Shown here: positions 48,801 through 57,375 of the stretch, piece by piece | How positions within the stretch are numbered: position 1 is the stretch's first letter | Layout: each line of letters starts with the position of its first letter | Assembly (NCBI GenBank): GCA_038206295.1 | Contig: JBBRAZ010000005.1 | Span: forward strand, 50,447 to 114,446 | Source: Acidimicrobiales bacterium | Lineage (GTDB): Bacteria; Actinomycetota; Acidimicrobiia; Acidimicrobiales; JBBRAZ01 | Length of the DNA stretch: 64,000 nucleotides | Direction of reading: 5' to 3' | Made by a program: the position numbers and the translations under genes | The notes under the pieces: generated by a model | The model's database searches: none | Told to the model about the DNA's origin: nothing | The model's input: the letters and a program-made list of their open reading frames with translations, nothing else

Positions 48801-49577
48801 ATGCGCATCGTGACCTGGAACGTGAACTCGCTCAACGCCCGCTGGGAGCGCGTCGAGCAGTGGATCGAGGCGAACGAGCCCGACGTGCTGTGCCTCCAGG
48901 AGACCAAGATGGCCGACGTCAAGTTCCCAGCGGCGGCCTTCGCCACGTTGGGGTACGAGGCTGCGCACCACGGCGACGGGCGCTGGAACGGCGTCGCCAT
49001 CATCAGCCGCGTCGGGCTCGACGACGTGCGGGCTGGCTTCACCCCGGAGGTCGAGCCCGACAGCGACACGAGGCTGCTGTGGGCGACGTGCGCCGGCGTG
49101 CGCATCGGCTGCGCCTACGTGCCCAACGGGCGCGAGGTCGGCCACGACCACTTCCACTACAAGCTGAGCTGGCTCGGGCGACTCCGAGACGACCTGGCAG
49201 CGAACGCGTCACCCGACGCCGACGTGGTGGTGGTGGGCGACTTCAACGTCGCACCCGACGACCGCGACGTCTGGGACCCGGCGCACTTCGTGGGCAGCAC
49301 CCACGTCACGCCCGAGGAGCGTGCCGCGCTGGCCGCGGTGCAGGACTGGGGGCTCGTCGACGTGTTCCGCCAGGAGCACGAGGAGCCTGGGCTGTACTCG
49401 TGGTGGGACTACCGCGACGGGTCGTTCCACAAGAAGCACGGCATGCGCATCGACCTCGTGCTCGCCACCGCGCCGCTCGCGGCGCGCACCGAGGCGATCG
49501 TCATCGACCGCGAGGCGCGCAAGGGGACGAAGCCGAGCGACCACGCACCGGTGGTGTGGGACGTGGCCTCCGGCTGA
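48801..49577 (+). CDS. xthA: Exodeoxyribonuclease III (AP endonuclease)
   Basis: MRIVTWNVNSLNAR...VLCLQETK...VVVGDFNVAPDDRDVWDP...WWDYR......G.RIDLVL...SDHAPVV are canonical ExoIII motifs. Confidence 0.92.
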   Translation: MRIVTWNVNSLNARWERVEQWIEANEPDVLCLQETKMADVKFPAAAFATLGYEAAHHGDGRWNGVAIISRVGLDDVRAGFTPEVEPDSDTRLLWATCAGVRIGCAYVPNGREVGHDHFHYKLSWLGRLRDDLAANASPDADVVVVGDFNVAPDDRDVWDPAHFVGSTHVTPEERAALAAVQDWGLVDVFRQEHEEPGLYSWWDYRDGSFHKKHGMRIDLVLATAPLAARTEAIVIDREARKGTKPSDHAPVVWDVASG

Positions 49578-49586
49578 GAGGAGCGC

Positions 49587-50264
49587 TCAGGCGTCGTCCC
49601 CGCGGCTGCCGGTGTAGGCGACGATCATCGTCGTGGCCAGCGCGATCGCCAGCAGGGCGACGATGCCGCGCACCAGCACGACCTGATCCTCGAGGTCGTC
49701 GAGCTCCCGGTCGTCGTGCGAGGAGGCGACGACCGGTCCGCCGCCGTCATCTGCGCCGACCACGACCGTGGGACCTTCGGGCACCCCTGACGGCTCGTGC
49801 GACACGATGCCGAGCTCGGCCGCTGCGGCGCGCAGCGCCGCACCATCGCTGGTCGAGCACGAGATCGCGGCGAGGTAGCCCTCCTCCGGGTCGCGGTTCG
49901 CGACGATGCCGACTGGTTCCCCGATCGCCTCGAAGGTTCGCCCGCATTCGTCCGGGCCGCCACGTCCTGTCCGGATCTCGGTGATGATCTCGACGTCGCC
50001 GACGAGCACCTCGCGCACCGCCATGGTCCACTCGATCGGCGCCGTGGTGGCGTCGTCGAGCGAGCGCGACGAGACGGGTTCAGCGATGAAGACCGCATCC
50101 GCCGACTGCATCTGGCGCAGGGGGTCGGGCTGCACGCAGGAGCAGGCAGATGCCGCAGGTGCGAGCAGCAGCCCGGCGCCGAGCGAGAGCACGACCGCGG
50201 CGAGTCCGGCGGGGAGGGCGGCGCGGCGACGGGGACGACGGGTCGACGGCGTGGTCTCGGGCAT
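49587..50264 (-). CDS. Exported, C-terminally membrane-anchored protein consisting essentially of one TIMP/NTR-like CxC module (short paralogue)
   Basis: Signal peptide RRPRRRAALPAGLAAVVLSLGAGLLLAPAASA|CSCVQPDPLRQMQSADAVFIAEPV. Cys only at mature positions 1, 3, 67 and 96. Acidic linker. C-terminal TM helix IVALLAIALATTMIVAY. ATG at 50264. Confidence 0.75.
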   Translation of the reverse strand: MPETTPSTRRPRRRAALPAGLAAVVLSLGAGLLLAPAASACSCVQPDPLRQMQSADAVFIAEPVSSRSLDDATTAPIEWTMAVREVLVGDVEIITEIRTGRGGPDECGRTFEAIGEPVGIVANRDPEEGYLAAISCSTSDGAALRAAAAELGIVSHEPSGVPEGPTVVVGADDGGGPVVASSHDDRELDDLEDQVVLVRGIVALLAIALATTMIVAYTGSRGDDA

Positions 50265-50400
50265 GGCGCACAGTCTGGCATCGGCACCGGAGGTGCGCGG
50301 GACGCCGCCGGTGGGCAACGATGCGTGCGTGGGGGACGAGCCGGAGGCGACGATCGGTGACGAGTGGGGGCTCGACGTCGAGCCCGAGCTGCGCGCTCGC

Positions 50401-51087
50401 ATGATGCAGCGGTTCCTCGCCCCGCCCGACGAGGGGCTGACCGATCACCGCCGCGAGCTCCGCCGCCTCGCGGACGCGGTGCGACGCACCATCGCCAGCA
50501 TGGTGCGCACCACCGCCCCGGTCGACGAGCTCGCCGCGCTGGCCGACGAGGCGACGCTGGTGGCCGAGCACATCGAGCGCTACCCCCACGGCACGATGTA
50601 CGAGGGCATCGCCGAGGCGGCCAACGCGGGCCCGGACCCGCACGCCGGGTTCGACCACAGCCCGTTCATTGGGCGGTCCAACCCGCTGGCGCCGCCGATG
50701 CAGCTGCGCGTCGACGACGACGGCACCGTCCGCGGCACCGTGCGGTTCGACGGTCCGTACGAGGGGCCGCCCGGCTGCGTGCACGGCGGGTTCGTCGCCG
50801 CGGTCTTCGATGAGCTGCTGGGCGCGGCCCAGTCCTCCAGCGGTCCGCCGGGGATGACGGGCACGTTGACGATCGTCTACCGGTCGCCGACGCCGCTGCA
50901 CACCGACCTGACGCTCGAGGGCGTGACGATTCGGCGCGACGGCCGCAAGATCTTCACCCGCGGCACGCTGCACGCTGGCGAGGTGCTGTGCGCGGAGGCC
51001 GAGGGCATCTTCATCTCGATCGACCTCTCGCGCTGGAAGGAGCTCAAGGAGGCCCGAGAGGCCGACCAGCGCGGCGACGCCGGCTGA
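50401..51087 (+). CDS. PaaI-family hotdog thioesterase
   Basis: PGCVHGGFVAAVFDELLGAA...GTLTIVYRSP...EAEGIFI is the typical PaaI pattern. The start is uncertain; in-frame candidates extend up to 50263. Confidence 0.78.
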   Translation: MMQRFLAPPDEGLTDHRRELRRLADAVRRTIASMVRTTAPVDELAALADEATLVAEHIERYPHGTMYEGIAEAANAGPDPHAGFDHSPFIGRSNPLAPPMQLRVDDDGTVRGTVRFDGPYEGPPGCVHGGFVAAVFDELLGAAQSSSGPPGMTGTLTIVYRSPTPLHTDLTLEGVTIRRDGRKIFTRGTLHAGEVLCAEAEGIFISIDLSRWKELKEAREADQRGDAG

Positions 51088-51099
51088 CCAAGGCCCTGC

Positions 51100-52773
51100 T
51101 CAGCGCCTGCGGCCGGTGCGGAGGACGACCACGACGGCAATGAGCGAGGTCGCGACGGCAGACGCGAGCGCGACCGCCGGCCAGCGACTTCCGGATCCAT
51201 CCGCGGGGGCGCTGGCACCGATGGCCTCCTCGTCGCCCAGGTCCCCATCGCCTGCGTCCACGCTGCCGTTCGAATCCGTGTCGGTCGGCGCTGGTGCATC
51301 GTCGGCGGGTGGCTGGCCGTCGGCGAGCGAGCGCAGCTCGTCTCGCTCGTGCACCGCTGCCATGGTCTCGGTCACCTCGAGCGGCGCGTCGAGGCGCGCG
51401 ACGAGCGTCGGCCGCCACGCTGGAGCGAGGAGCACCTGCTCGACGACCTCGGGGGCGTCGACGTCCCACGTCGGGGTGCCGTCGCCGGCGAGCCCGATCC
51501 ACGTCGCGCCGTAGGACGACGATCGCTCCGGGTCGGGTGCACCCGCCACGGTGCGGGTGTGCACGCCTGATGGGTCGTGCACGCGACGCGCGCCCTCGCG
51601 CATCTCCAGCACCCGGGTGCCGTCGGCGGCGATGGCGACGCGAGTCACCTCGCCCGCGGGCTCGACCGGCCACGAGGCGGTCGAGGACAGGTCCGCGTCG
51701 ATCGTCAGCAGCTCGCGCACCGGGGAGAGCTGGTTGTCGCCGCTCACAAGCGCCGAGAGGCCGCCGTCGGGGTGGGGTACGAGGGCGCGCACCATCGTTC
51801 CAGTCTCGAGCGTCGCCACGGGCTCGAGCGCACCGGTGTCGAGATCCAGTCGGGAGAGGGCACCGCCTGAGGCCACGACTACCTGGCCGCCCGCCGTGAC
51901 TGCGACCTCGGCTGGCCCGCCGACGTCGACGCGGTGCACCTCGTCGCCGGTGTCGGTTCGCAGCACGGCGATGCTCCAGCCGTCAGCCTCGACCGACTGG
52001 TACGTCCCGACGGCGAGGCTCCCGTCGGGTGTGGCGCAGAGCAGTTCCGCCGGGCGAGCCTCACCGAGGCGAGCGAGCTCGGTGGAGGTGGAGGTGGCGG
52101 TGTCGCTCACCACGAGCGGCAAGGTGCGGTCGCCGTTGGGCTCCCATCGGTGGGCGAGCACCGTGCGACCGCCGGGGCAGATGGTCGCCTCCTCCGATTC
52201 GCTGGGCAGGGCGCGCCACGCGACGACGTCACCCCGTGCGTCGCGCAGCTGCACGCTGCTCGGCCCCACCTGCCACAGCGAGACCGACGTGGCGGGCCCA
52301 CGTGCCGTAGGCGCCGGCAGGTCGATCGCGATGCCGCGCAAGCCTTCGGGGGTGATGCTGCCGACGCAGGCACCGATCATCAGCAACCCGTCGCGGCTGC
52401 GAGTGGTCACGACCGCGGCCACGCCACCTGGTTGCGCCACGCTGCCGCACGAGGTCGAGTCGGTGAACACGGAGAGGTGCTCGACGGCGGCGCCGGTCGG
52501 GGTGGTCTCGTCGCCTGCCACCACCTCGTCCACCGCGAGGACCATCTCGATGAGCCTCGGGCGCATCGCGCTGTCGAGGTCGTCTCGCTCGTGCACCGCC
52601 TCGACCGTGCCGATCACCGCGACGTCACTCCTTCCGACGACCTCGGTGAGCGGCGGGGGCGGCGAGCAGCTGCATGCCTGCGCCCGCGGCGCGTGCACCA
52701 GCAGGGTTGTCACCGCGAGCACGGTGAGCACCGCGATGCCGGCAACTCGGCTGGTGCCGGTAGACGACGTCAC
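51100..52773 (-). CDS. Exported surface-anchored protein: N-terminal TIMP/NTR-like CxC module, ~350-aa repeat-rich (beta-propeller-like?) region, acidic linker, C-terminal TM anchor
   Basis: GTG start overlaps the upstream stop (GTGA). Signal peptide ...TLLVHAPRAQA|CSCSPPPPLTEVVGRSDVAVIGTVEAV. Module Cys at positions 1, 3, 76 and 103. C-terminus WPAVALASAVATSLIAVVVVLRTGRRR. Full-length paralogue of 52770..54413. Confidence 0.8.
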   Translation of the reverse strand: MTSSTGTSRVAGIAVLTVLAVTTLLVHAPRAQACSCSPPPPLTEVVGRSDVAVIGTVEAVHERDDLDSAMRPRLIEMVLAVDEVVAGDETTPTGAAVEHLSVFTDSTSCGSVAQPGGVAAVVTTRSRDGLLMIGACVGSITPEGLRGIAIDLPAPTARGPATSVSLWQVGPSSVQLRDARGDVVAWRALPSESEEATICPGGRTVLAHRWEPNGDRTLPLVVSDTATSTSTELARLGEARPAELLCATPDGSLAVGTYQSVEADGWSIAVLRTDTGDEVHRVDVGGPAEVAVTAGGQVVVASGGALSRLDLDTGALEPVATLETGTMVRALVPHPDGGLSALVSGDNQLSPVRELLTIDADLSSTASWPVEPAGEVTRVAIAADGTRVLEMREGARRVHDPSGVHTRTVAGAPDPERSSSYGATWIGLAGDGTPTWDVDAPEVVEQVLLAPAWRPTLVARLDAPLEVTETMAAVHERDELRSLADGQPPADDAPAPTDTDSNGSVDAGDGDLGDEEAIGASAPADGSGSRWPAVALASAVATSLIAVVVVLRTGRRR

Positions 52774-54413
52774 CGCTCACCCCTTCGGTCGAGCTCCATC
52801 GCTCCGGCACGGCGCCGCACCCCGAGCGCGATGCCGAGGCCGCCCATCGCCGCGGCGATCGCCGCCAGTGCGGCGAGCCCGTCGGCGGCTGCGACGCTCG
52901 CTGCAGGAGCCGTCGTCGCCTGCGCCGCGGGCCAGCCGTCGGGCAGCACGCGGGCGCGGAGCGCGTCGCGGGTGCGCACGCCTTGCAGCGCTGGGTCCAC
53001 CGGACGTTCGGGCACGAACCGGGCTGCGGTGCCCACCGGCACCACCAGATCCACCGACGTGTCGCCGGGCTCGGACCACGTGATCTCGCCGCCCGAGAGG
53101 CCGAGCCACACGGGCTGGTTCGCAGCCCTCGCCGACGAGGCTGCAGAGCGCTGCTGGTCGTCGGGCACGAAGCGACCGCGCACGGTGCCGTCGGGTGCGA
53201 GCAGCGTGGCGTGCAGATCGTGGTCGACGACGAGCAGCGAGCCGTCGGGAAGCGCCGTCACGTCGCCGTGCAGGTTGGGCTCGACGATGTCGATGGCGCT
53301 CGCTGTCGTCAGGCCGGGGTCGGTGCGAAGCATGGCGGCGTACGGCGGCGCGCCGGCAGTGACCGCCTCGGGGCTGGCGAGGAGCACCGCGACACCGCCG
53401 TCGACCAGGGCGACCGTCTCGATCGGGACCGCGTCTTCGGGGACCACCGCGATGGGTGACAGCCGGCCGGTCTTCGCGTCGAGCAGCTCGAGCGCCGCAT
53501 CGGAGGTGACCACGAGTTCGCCGTCCGCGGTGACGGAGACACCGCCTCCGTTCGGCGACGTGGTCTCGGAGATCGTGGCTCCCGTCGCGGCGTCGATGAC
53601 CGCGAAGCGCCGCGGCTCGTCGTCGGTGGCGTGGTGCGTCCGCACAAGGCGGCTGGCATCGCTCGCCGCGCACACGACGTCGCCCCCGCCTTCAGGAAGC
53701 GCGCCCGTGCGCAGCGTGCGGCGCTCCATCGTGGTGACATCGACGGTGACGAGCTGGTCTGGCTCGCCCGCACCCCACAGGTCGGCGATCACGACCTCGC
53801 CGCCGGGGCAGATCGACGCCTCGTGCGCGCCGCGCGGCAGCGCGCCCCAGGCGACGACCGCCCCGTGGATGTCTCGCAGCTGGAGGTCGCTCGGGCCCTC
53901 GCTCGATCCAGCGGTGACGAGCGCGACCGGACCCGCGCTGGGTGGTGGGGGCAGATCGAGCGCGATCCCATCCACGTCGTCGACGGCGATGGCTGGGACG
54001 CACCCCTCGACGAAGAGGCGTCCCCCGTCGCGGCTGAGGAGCACCACCTGCGGCCCCCCTCCCAGCTCGAGCTGCCCCTCGCTGCACCCCATGAGGGGGT
54101 CCTGGACGGTGATGACCGTGCCGGGGGCGATGCTCGAGCCCGGGTCATCCACCACGACGGCGTCGACGCGGAGCCGGCCCTGCCTGCGCATCCCCGAGCC
54201 CGGGAAGTCGTCGTCGACGCCGTGGTAGGGCGTGACGCTCTGTAGCTCGGCGACCAGGACCACGTCCGCGCTGCCCACGGCCTCGAGCGGCTCCTCGACG
54301 TAGCCGCACGAGCAGGCACCGGCGCGGTCGGGCAGCAGCACCACGACGATGGCGACGAGCACCGCGACGAGCACCGCGGCCTGGGCTCGCCGCGCCAGCG
54401 CACCCAGCGACAT
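52770..54413 (-). CDS. Exported surface-anchored protein, paralogue of 51100..52773 (TIMP/NTR-like CxC module, repeat-rich region, C-terminal TM anchor)
   Basis: The ATG shares one nucleotide with the upstream stop (TGATG). Signal peptide AAVLVAVLVAIVVVLLPDRAGA|CSCGYVEEPLEAVGSADVVLVAELQSV. Module Cys at positions 1, 3, 77 and 105. It shares LQLRDxxGxVVAWxALP......A.ICPGG with the paralogue. C-terminal TM LAALAAIAAAMGGLGIALGVRRR. Confidence 0.8.
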   Translation of the reverse strand: MSLGALARRAQAAVLVAVLVAIVVVLLPDRAGACSCGYVEEPLEAVGSADVVLVAELQSVTPYHGVDDDFPGSGMRRQGRLRVDAVVVDDPGSSIAPGTVITVQDPLMGCSEGQLELGGGPQVVLLSRDGGRLFVEGCVPAIAVDDVDGIALDLPPPPSAGPVALVTAGSSEGPSDLQLRDIHGAVVAWGALPRGAHEASICPGGEVVIADLWGAGEPDQLVTVDVTTMERRTLRTGALPEGGGDVVCAASDASRLVRTHHATDDEPRRFAVIDAATGATISETTSPNGGGVSVTADGELVVTSDAALELLDAKTGRLSPIAVVPEDAVPIETVALVDGGVAVLLASPEAVTAGAPPYAAMLRTDPGLTTASAIDIVEPNLHGDVTALPDGSLLVVDHDLHATLLAPDGTVRGRFVPDDQQRSAASSARAANQPVWLGLSGGEITWSEPGDTSVDLVVPVGTAARFVPERPVDPALQGVRTRDALRARVLPDGWPAAQATTAPAASVAAADGLAALAAIAAAMGGLGIALGVRRRAGAMELDRRGER

Positions 54414-54898
54414 CAACCGCACCACTCGTCGACCAGCGTGGCGAGCGCGGCGAGGTTGTCGCGCAGGCCGCTGACGATGGGGCGCTCGGCCTGGCGCCCG
54501 ACGATGGGCACGCGCACCGCCACGTCGCCGCTGCCGACGCGCACGCAGCCGTCGCGATCGGCCAGGAGCCGGCTGACCGCGGTGGCGTGCAGCTTGTCGG
54601 GGTAGTGGTCGGGGAGGATCGTGGTGTGGCCCTCGAATGCGTCTCGGTCCCACAGCGTGTCCTCGACCCAGCTGAGCCGCTGCGGATCGACCACCGCGGT
54701 GACCGCTCGGGGGAGGTCGCCGCGGAACCGGTAGCGCAGCCGGGTGCGCACCTCGCCGCCGCGCTCCTCGATGCCGACCACCTCGGGTGCGTGGGTGGCC
54801 GGCAGCTGCCCTACCGATGCCCAGAACCCGGCGTCGCACAGCGCGGCGAGCACCGCATCGGGCGTGGCGCTCAGGACGTCGCGGGTCTCGAAGCGCAT
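54413..54898 (-). CDS. SRPBCC-fold (DUF2505-like) protein
   Basis: 161 aa (MRFETRDVLSATPDAVLAALCDAGFW...). Size and pattern resemble actinobacterial DUF2505/polyketide-cyclase-like proteins. It starts 7 nt after the helicase stop. Confidence 0.6.
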   Translation of the reverse strand: MRFETRDVLSATPDAVLAALCDAGFWASVGQLPATHAPEVVGIEERGGEVRTRLRYRFRGDLPRAVTAVVDPQRLSWVEDTLWDRDAFEGHTTILPDHYPDKLHATAVSRLLADRDGCVRVGSGDVAVRVPIVGRQAERPIVSGLRDNLAALATLVDEWCG

Positions 54899-54905
54899 GG
54901 GGACA

Positions 54906-56945
54906 TCATCGTCCGTGCTCGGCCACGATGCGCAGCACCTCGGCGCCGTAGCGCTCGACCTTCACCGGGCCGATGCCCTTCACCGCCAGCAGCTCGCGGT
55001 TGCCACGGGGCCGCCGCTCGGCCACGGCGATGAGCGACTCGTTGCCGAGCACGGTGAACGCGGGGTTGCCGGCGGCCTTGGCGATGCCCGAGCGCCACAC
55101 GCGCAGCGCTTCGAACAGGGCCCGGTCGGCCTCGCTCAGCGCGTCGAGCTCGGTGGCCTTCGAGGTGCGGGGCGTCGCGCGGCTCTTCGCCCGCTTGAGC
55201 ACGGCGCGCTGCTGCGCCAGGTGGCGGCGCGGGTCCGATGGGGCGCGCCCGGCGGCGAGATCTGCCAGCACGACGCCGATCTCCTCGAGGTAGGGCGACA
55301 CGGAGCGCTCCGCGGTGCGGGTGCCGAAGGTGCGTGTTGCGGACCACGTGCAGTGCAGCGCGCGCTCAGCGCGCGTGACGCCGACGTAGAGGAGGCGTCG
55401 CTCCTCGGCCTGGGCGGCGCGGGTGCGGGCGTGGCCGATGGGCACGAGCCCCTGCTCGAGCCCGACGAGGTGGACCACCGGCCACTCGAGCCCCTTGGCG
55501 GCGTGGAAGGTGGAGACGTCGACCGCGTCGGCATCAGCCGTCGGCGACTCGCCCATCCGGCGCAGCCACGTGAGGAACGCCGAGATGTCGCCGGCCGCGT
55601 CGAGGCTGAGGAACTCGCGTCCGAGCCGCACGAGCGACAGGAGGGCGTCGCCGCGCTCGGACTCTCCCTCGGCTGCGTCATCGTCGTCGTCGTCGCCGCC
55701 TGTTCCCGCCTGGTGCGCCTGCGCCTCGAGGTCCGCCAGCGCGGTGCCCAGCTCGCCGCCGGTGGCCTGCAGCGAGCGCAGCACGGCGGCGATGTCAGGA
55801 CGGTCGAGCAGCGAGGTGCCGCCGCGCAGCGCGACGGGGATGCCACGGCGACGCAACGCCTCGGCCATCTCGGTGGCCAGCGCGTTGGTGCGCGCCAGGA
55901 TGGCCTGGTCGCGCCAGCGGCCGCCGCTGCGGTGGATCGTGGTGACGGTGTGCGCCACGTGCTCGGCCTCGGCCGCGTCGTCGGGCAGCTCGGTGACCGT
56001 CGGCAGCGGACCCTCGCGCTCGGGAGGGCGGAGGCTGGCGGTGAGCCCGCCGCCTTGGAGCACCGCGTTGCCGGCGCTGACGATGGCGCCGGTGGATCGG
56101 AAGTTCTCGTCGAGCGCCACGCTCGTGCCGCCGAAGTGCCCAGCGAAGTCGGTGAGCGCGGAGGCATCGGCGCCGTTCCACGCGTAGATCGCCTGGTTTG
56201 GGTCGCCGACCACGCACAGGTCGGTCGACGGGCCGAGCCACGCCCGCAGCAGGTGCAGCTGGAGGGGGTTGACGTCCTGGAACTCGTCGACGAACAGGTG
56301 ACGGTGCAGCCAGCGCTGCGACGCCGCCCACTCCTCGTCGTTGCGCATCGCCCCGGCGGCGAGGCGCAGGAGGTCGTCGAAGTCGACGAGGCGCTGGGCG
56401 GACTTGTGATCGAGGTAGCGCTGGTAGGTGGCGGCCACCGTGGCGGCGTCGATGCCCTGCACGCGGCGGTCGGCGTCGGCGGCCGCCTCGGGGTAGAGCT
56501 CGGGCGACACCATGCGTGCCGATGCCCACTCGATCTCGCCGGTGATGTCGAGCGCGGCCGTCGGGCCCGAGCGCCCGGGCAGCAGCCGCGCCACGGTGCC
56601 GACCTTGCGCTCGAGCAGCGCCGGCTCGGCCACGCCGCGGGCCTCCCACCGGCGGCGTAGCTGGGCCCAGGCGATGGCGTGGAACGTGCCGGCGGTGACC
56701 GAGTCGCGCAGGCCGAGGGACCACAGGCGCGAACGAAGCTCGCCAGCGGCCTTGCGGGTGAAGGTGATGGCCAGCACCCGGCGGGGGTCGACGTCGCCGA
56801 CCGCTGCGCGGTGGGCGATGCGCCGCGTCAGCACGCGCGTCTTGCCGCTGCCGGCCCCGGCCAGGATGCACAGGGGCGCGGCCTCGACCGTCACCGCGTG
56901 ACGCTGCGCGTCGGTCAGGCCACCCAGCAGCTCGTCGGCATCCAT
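54906..56945 (-). CDS. UvrD/PcrA/Rep-family SF1 DNA helicase with C-terminal HRDC domain (UvrD2-like)
   Basis: Walker A AGAGSGKTRVLT, FTRKAAGEL, VDEFQDVNPLQ, the later SF1 motifs, and a C-terminal HRDC-like region ALFEALRVWRSGIAKAAGNPAFTVLGNESLIAVAERRP. Confidence 0.88.
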   Translation of the reverse strand: MDADELLGGLTDAQRHAVTVEAAPLCILAGAGSGKTRVLTRRIAHRAAVGDVDPRRVLAITFTRKAAGELRSRLWSLGLRDSVTAGTFHAIAWAQLRRRWEARGVAEPALLERKVGTVARLLPGRSGPTAALDITGEIEWASARMVSPELYPEAAADADRRVQGIDAATVAATYQRYLDHKSAQRLVDFDDLLRLAAGAMRNDEEWAASQRWLHRHLFVDEFQDVNPLQLHLLRAWLGPSTDLCVVGDPNQAIYAWNGADASALTDFAGHFGGTSVALDENFRSTGAIVSAGNAVLQGGGLTASLRPPEREGPLPTVTELPDDAAEAEHVAHTVTTIHRSGGRWRDQAILARTNALATEMAEALRRRGIPVALRGGTSLLDRPDIAAVLRSLQATGGELGTALADLEAQAHQAGTGGDDDDDDAAEGESERGDALLSLVRLGREFLSLDAAGDISAFLTWLRRMGESPTADADAVDVSTFHAAKGLEWPVVHLVGLEQGLVPIGHARTRAAQAEERRLLYVGVTRAERALHCTWSATRTFGTRTAERSVSPYLEEIGVVLADLAAGRAPSDPRRHLAQQRAVLKRAKSRATPRTSKATELDALSEADRALFEALRVWRSGIAKAAGNPAFTVLGNESLIAVAERRPRGNRELLAVKGIGPVKVERYGAEVLRIVAEHGR

Positions 56946-56986
56946 CGTGGGTCGAACCTAGCGCCGGGGTGTGACAGCGTGGCGCG

Positions 56987-57331
56987 GTGCTCGACGTCCC
57001 CCTGGAGCGGTTCGAGGTGCTGGTCGGCGAGGCGCTCGACCTCCTTCCCGTCGACCTCGCGGCGCGCATCGACAACGTGGTGGTGCGGATCTGGGACGAC
57101 GCGCCGTGGGACGGCGTGCTCGGGCTCTACGAGGGCGTGCCGCTCACCGAGCGCGAGGCGGCGTACACCATGGTGCTGCCCGACCGGATCACGCTCTACC
57201 GCCTGCCGATACTCGAGCGGTGCACCACCGAGGACGACGTCATCGACGAGGTGCGCACCACGGTCGTCCACGAGGTCGCGCACCACTTCGGCATCGACGA
57301 CGACCGCCTCGAGGAGCTGGGCTGGGGCTGA
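56987..57331 (+). CDS. Minimal zinc metallopeptidase family protein (zinicin-like, DUF1025)
   Basis: 114 aa with HEVAHHFG (HExxH) near the C-terminus and ...ITLYRLPI... typical of this family. No signal peptide. GTG start. Confidence 0.75.
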   Translation: MLDVPLERFEVLVGEALDLLPVDLAARIDNVVVRIWDDAPWDGVLGLYEGVPLTEREAAYTMVLPDRITLYRLPILERCTTEDDVIDEVRTTVVHEVAHHFGIDDDRLEELGWG

Positions 57332-57375
57332 GGCCGCACCCGGCCCGAGGCACCTCTCGGAAGTAGGCTGCGGAG

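Noticed and set aside
49587-54413. Reading the ASAC / AQAC / AGAC junctions of the three CxC proteins as lipoboxes (lipoproteins)
   Set aside because: This is not fully excluded. However, the -3 position is Ala rather than Leu/Val/Ile, and one has Gln at -2. All three fit the AxA signal peptidase I rule, and all have a separate C-terminal TM anchor. It is kept as the main alternative under the TIMP-like finding.
54413-56945. UvrD-like helicase plus neighbours as an anti-phage defence system (Gabija-like or another helicase-based system)
   Set aside because: The helicase carries a C-terminal HRDC domain, typical of the housekeeping actinobacterial UvrD2. There is no partner nuclease or ATPase (GajA-like OLD/TOPRIM) nearby, and the neighbours are an SRPBCC protein and exported proteins.
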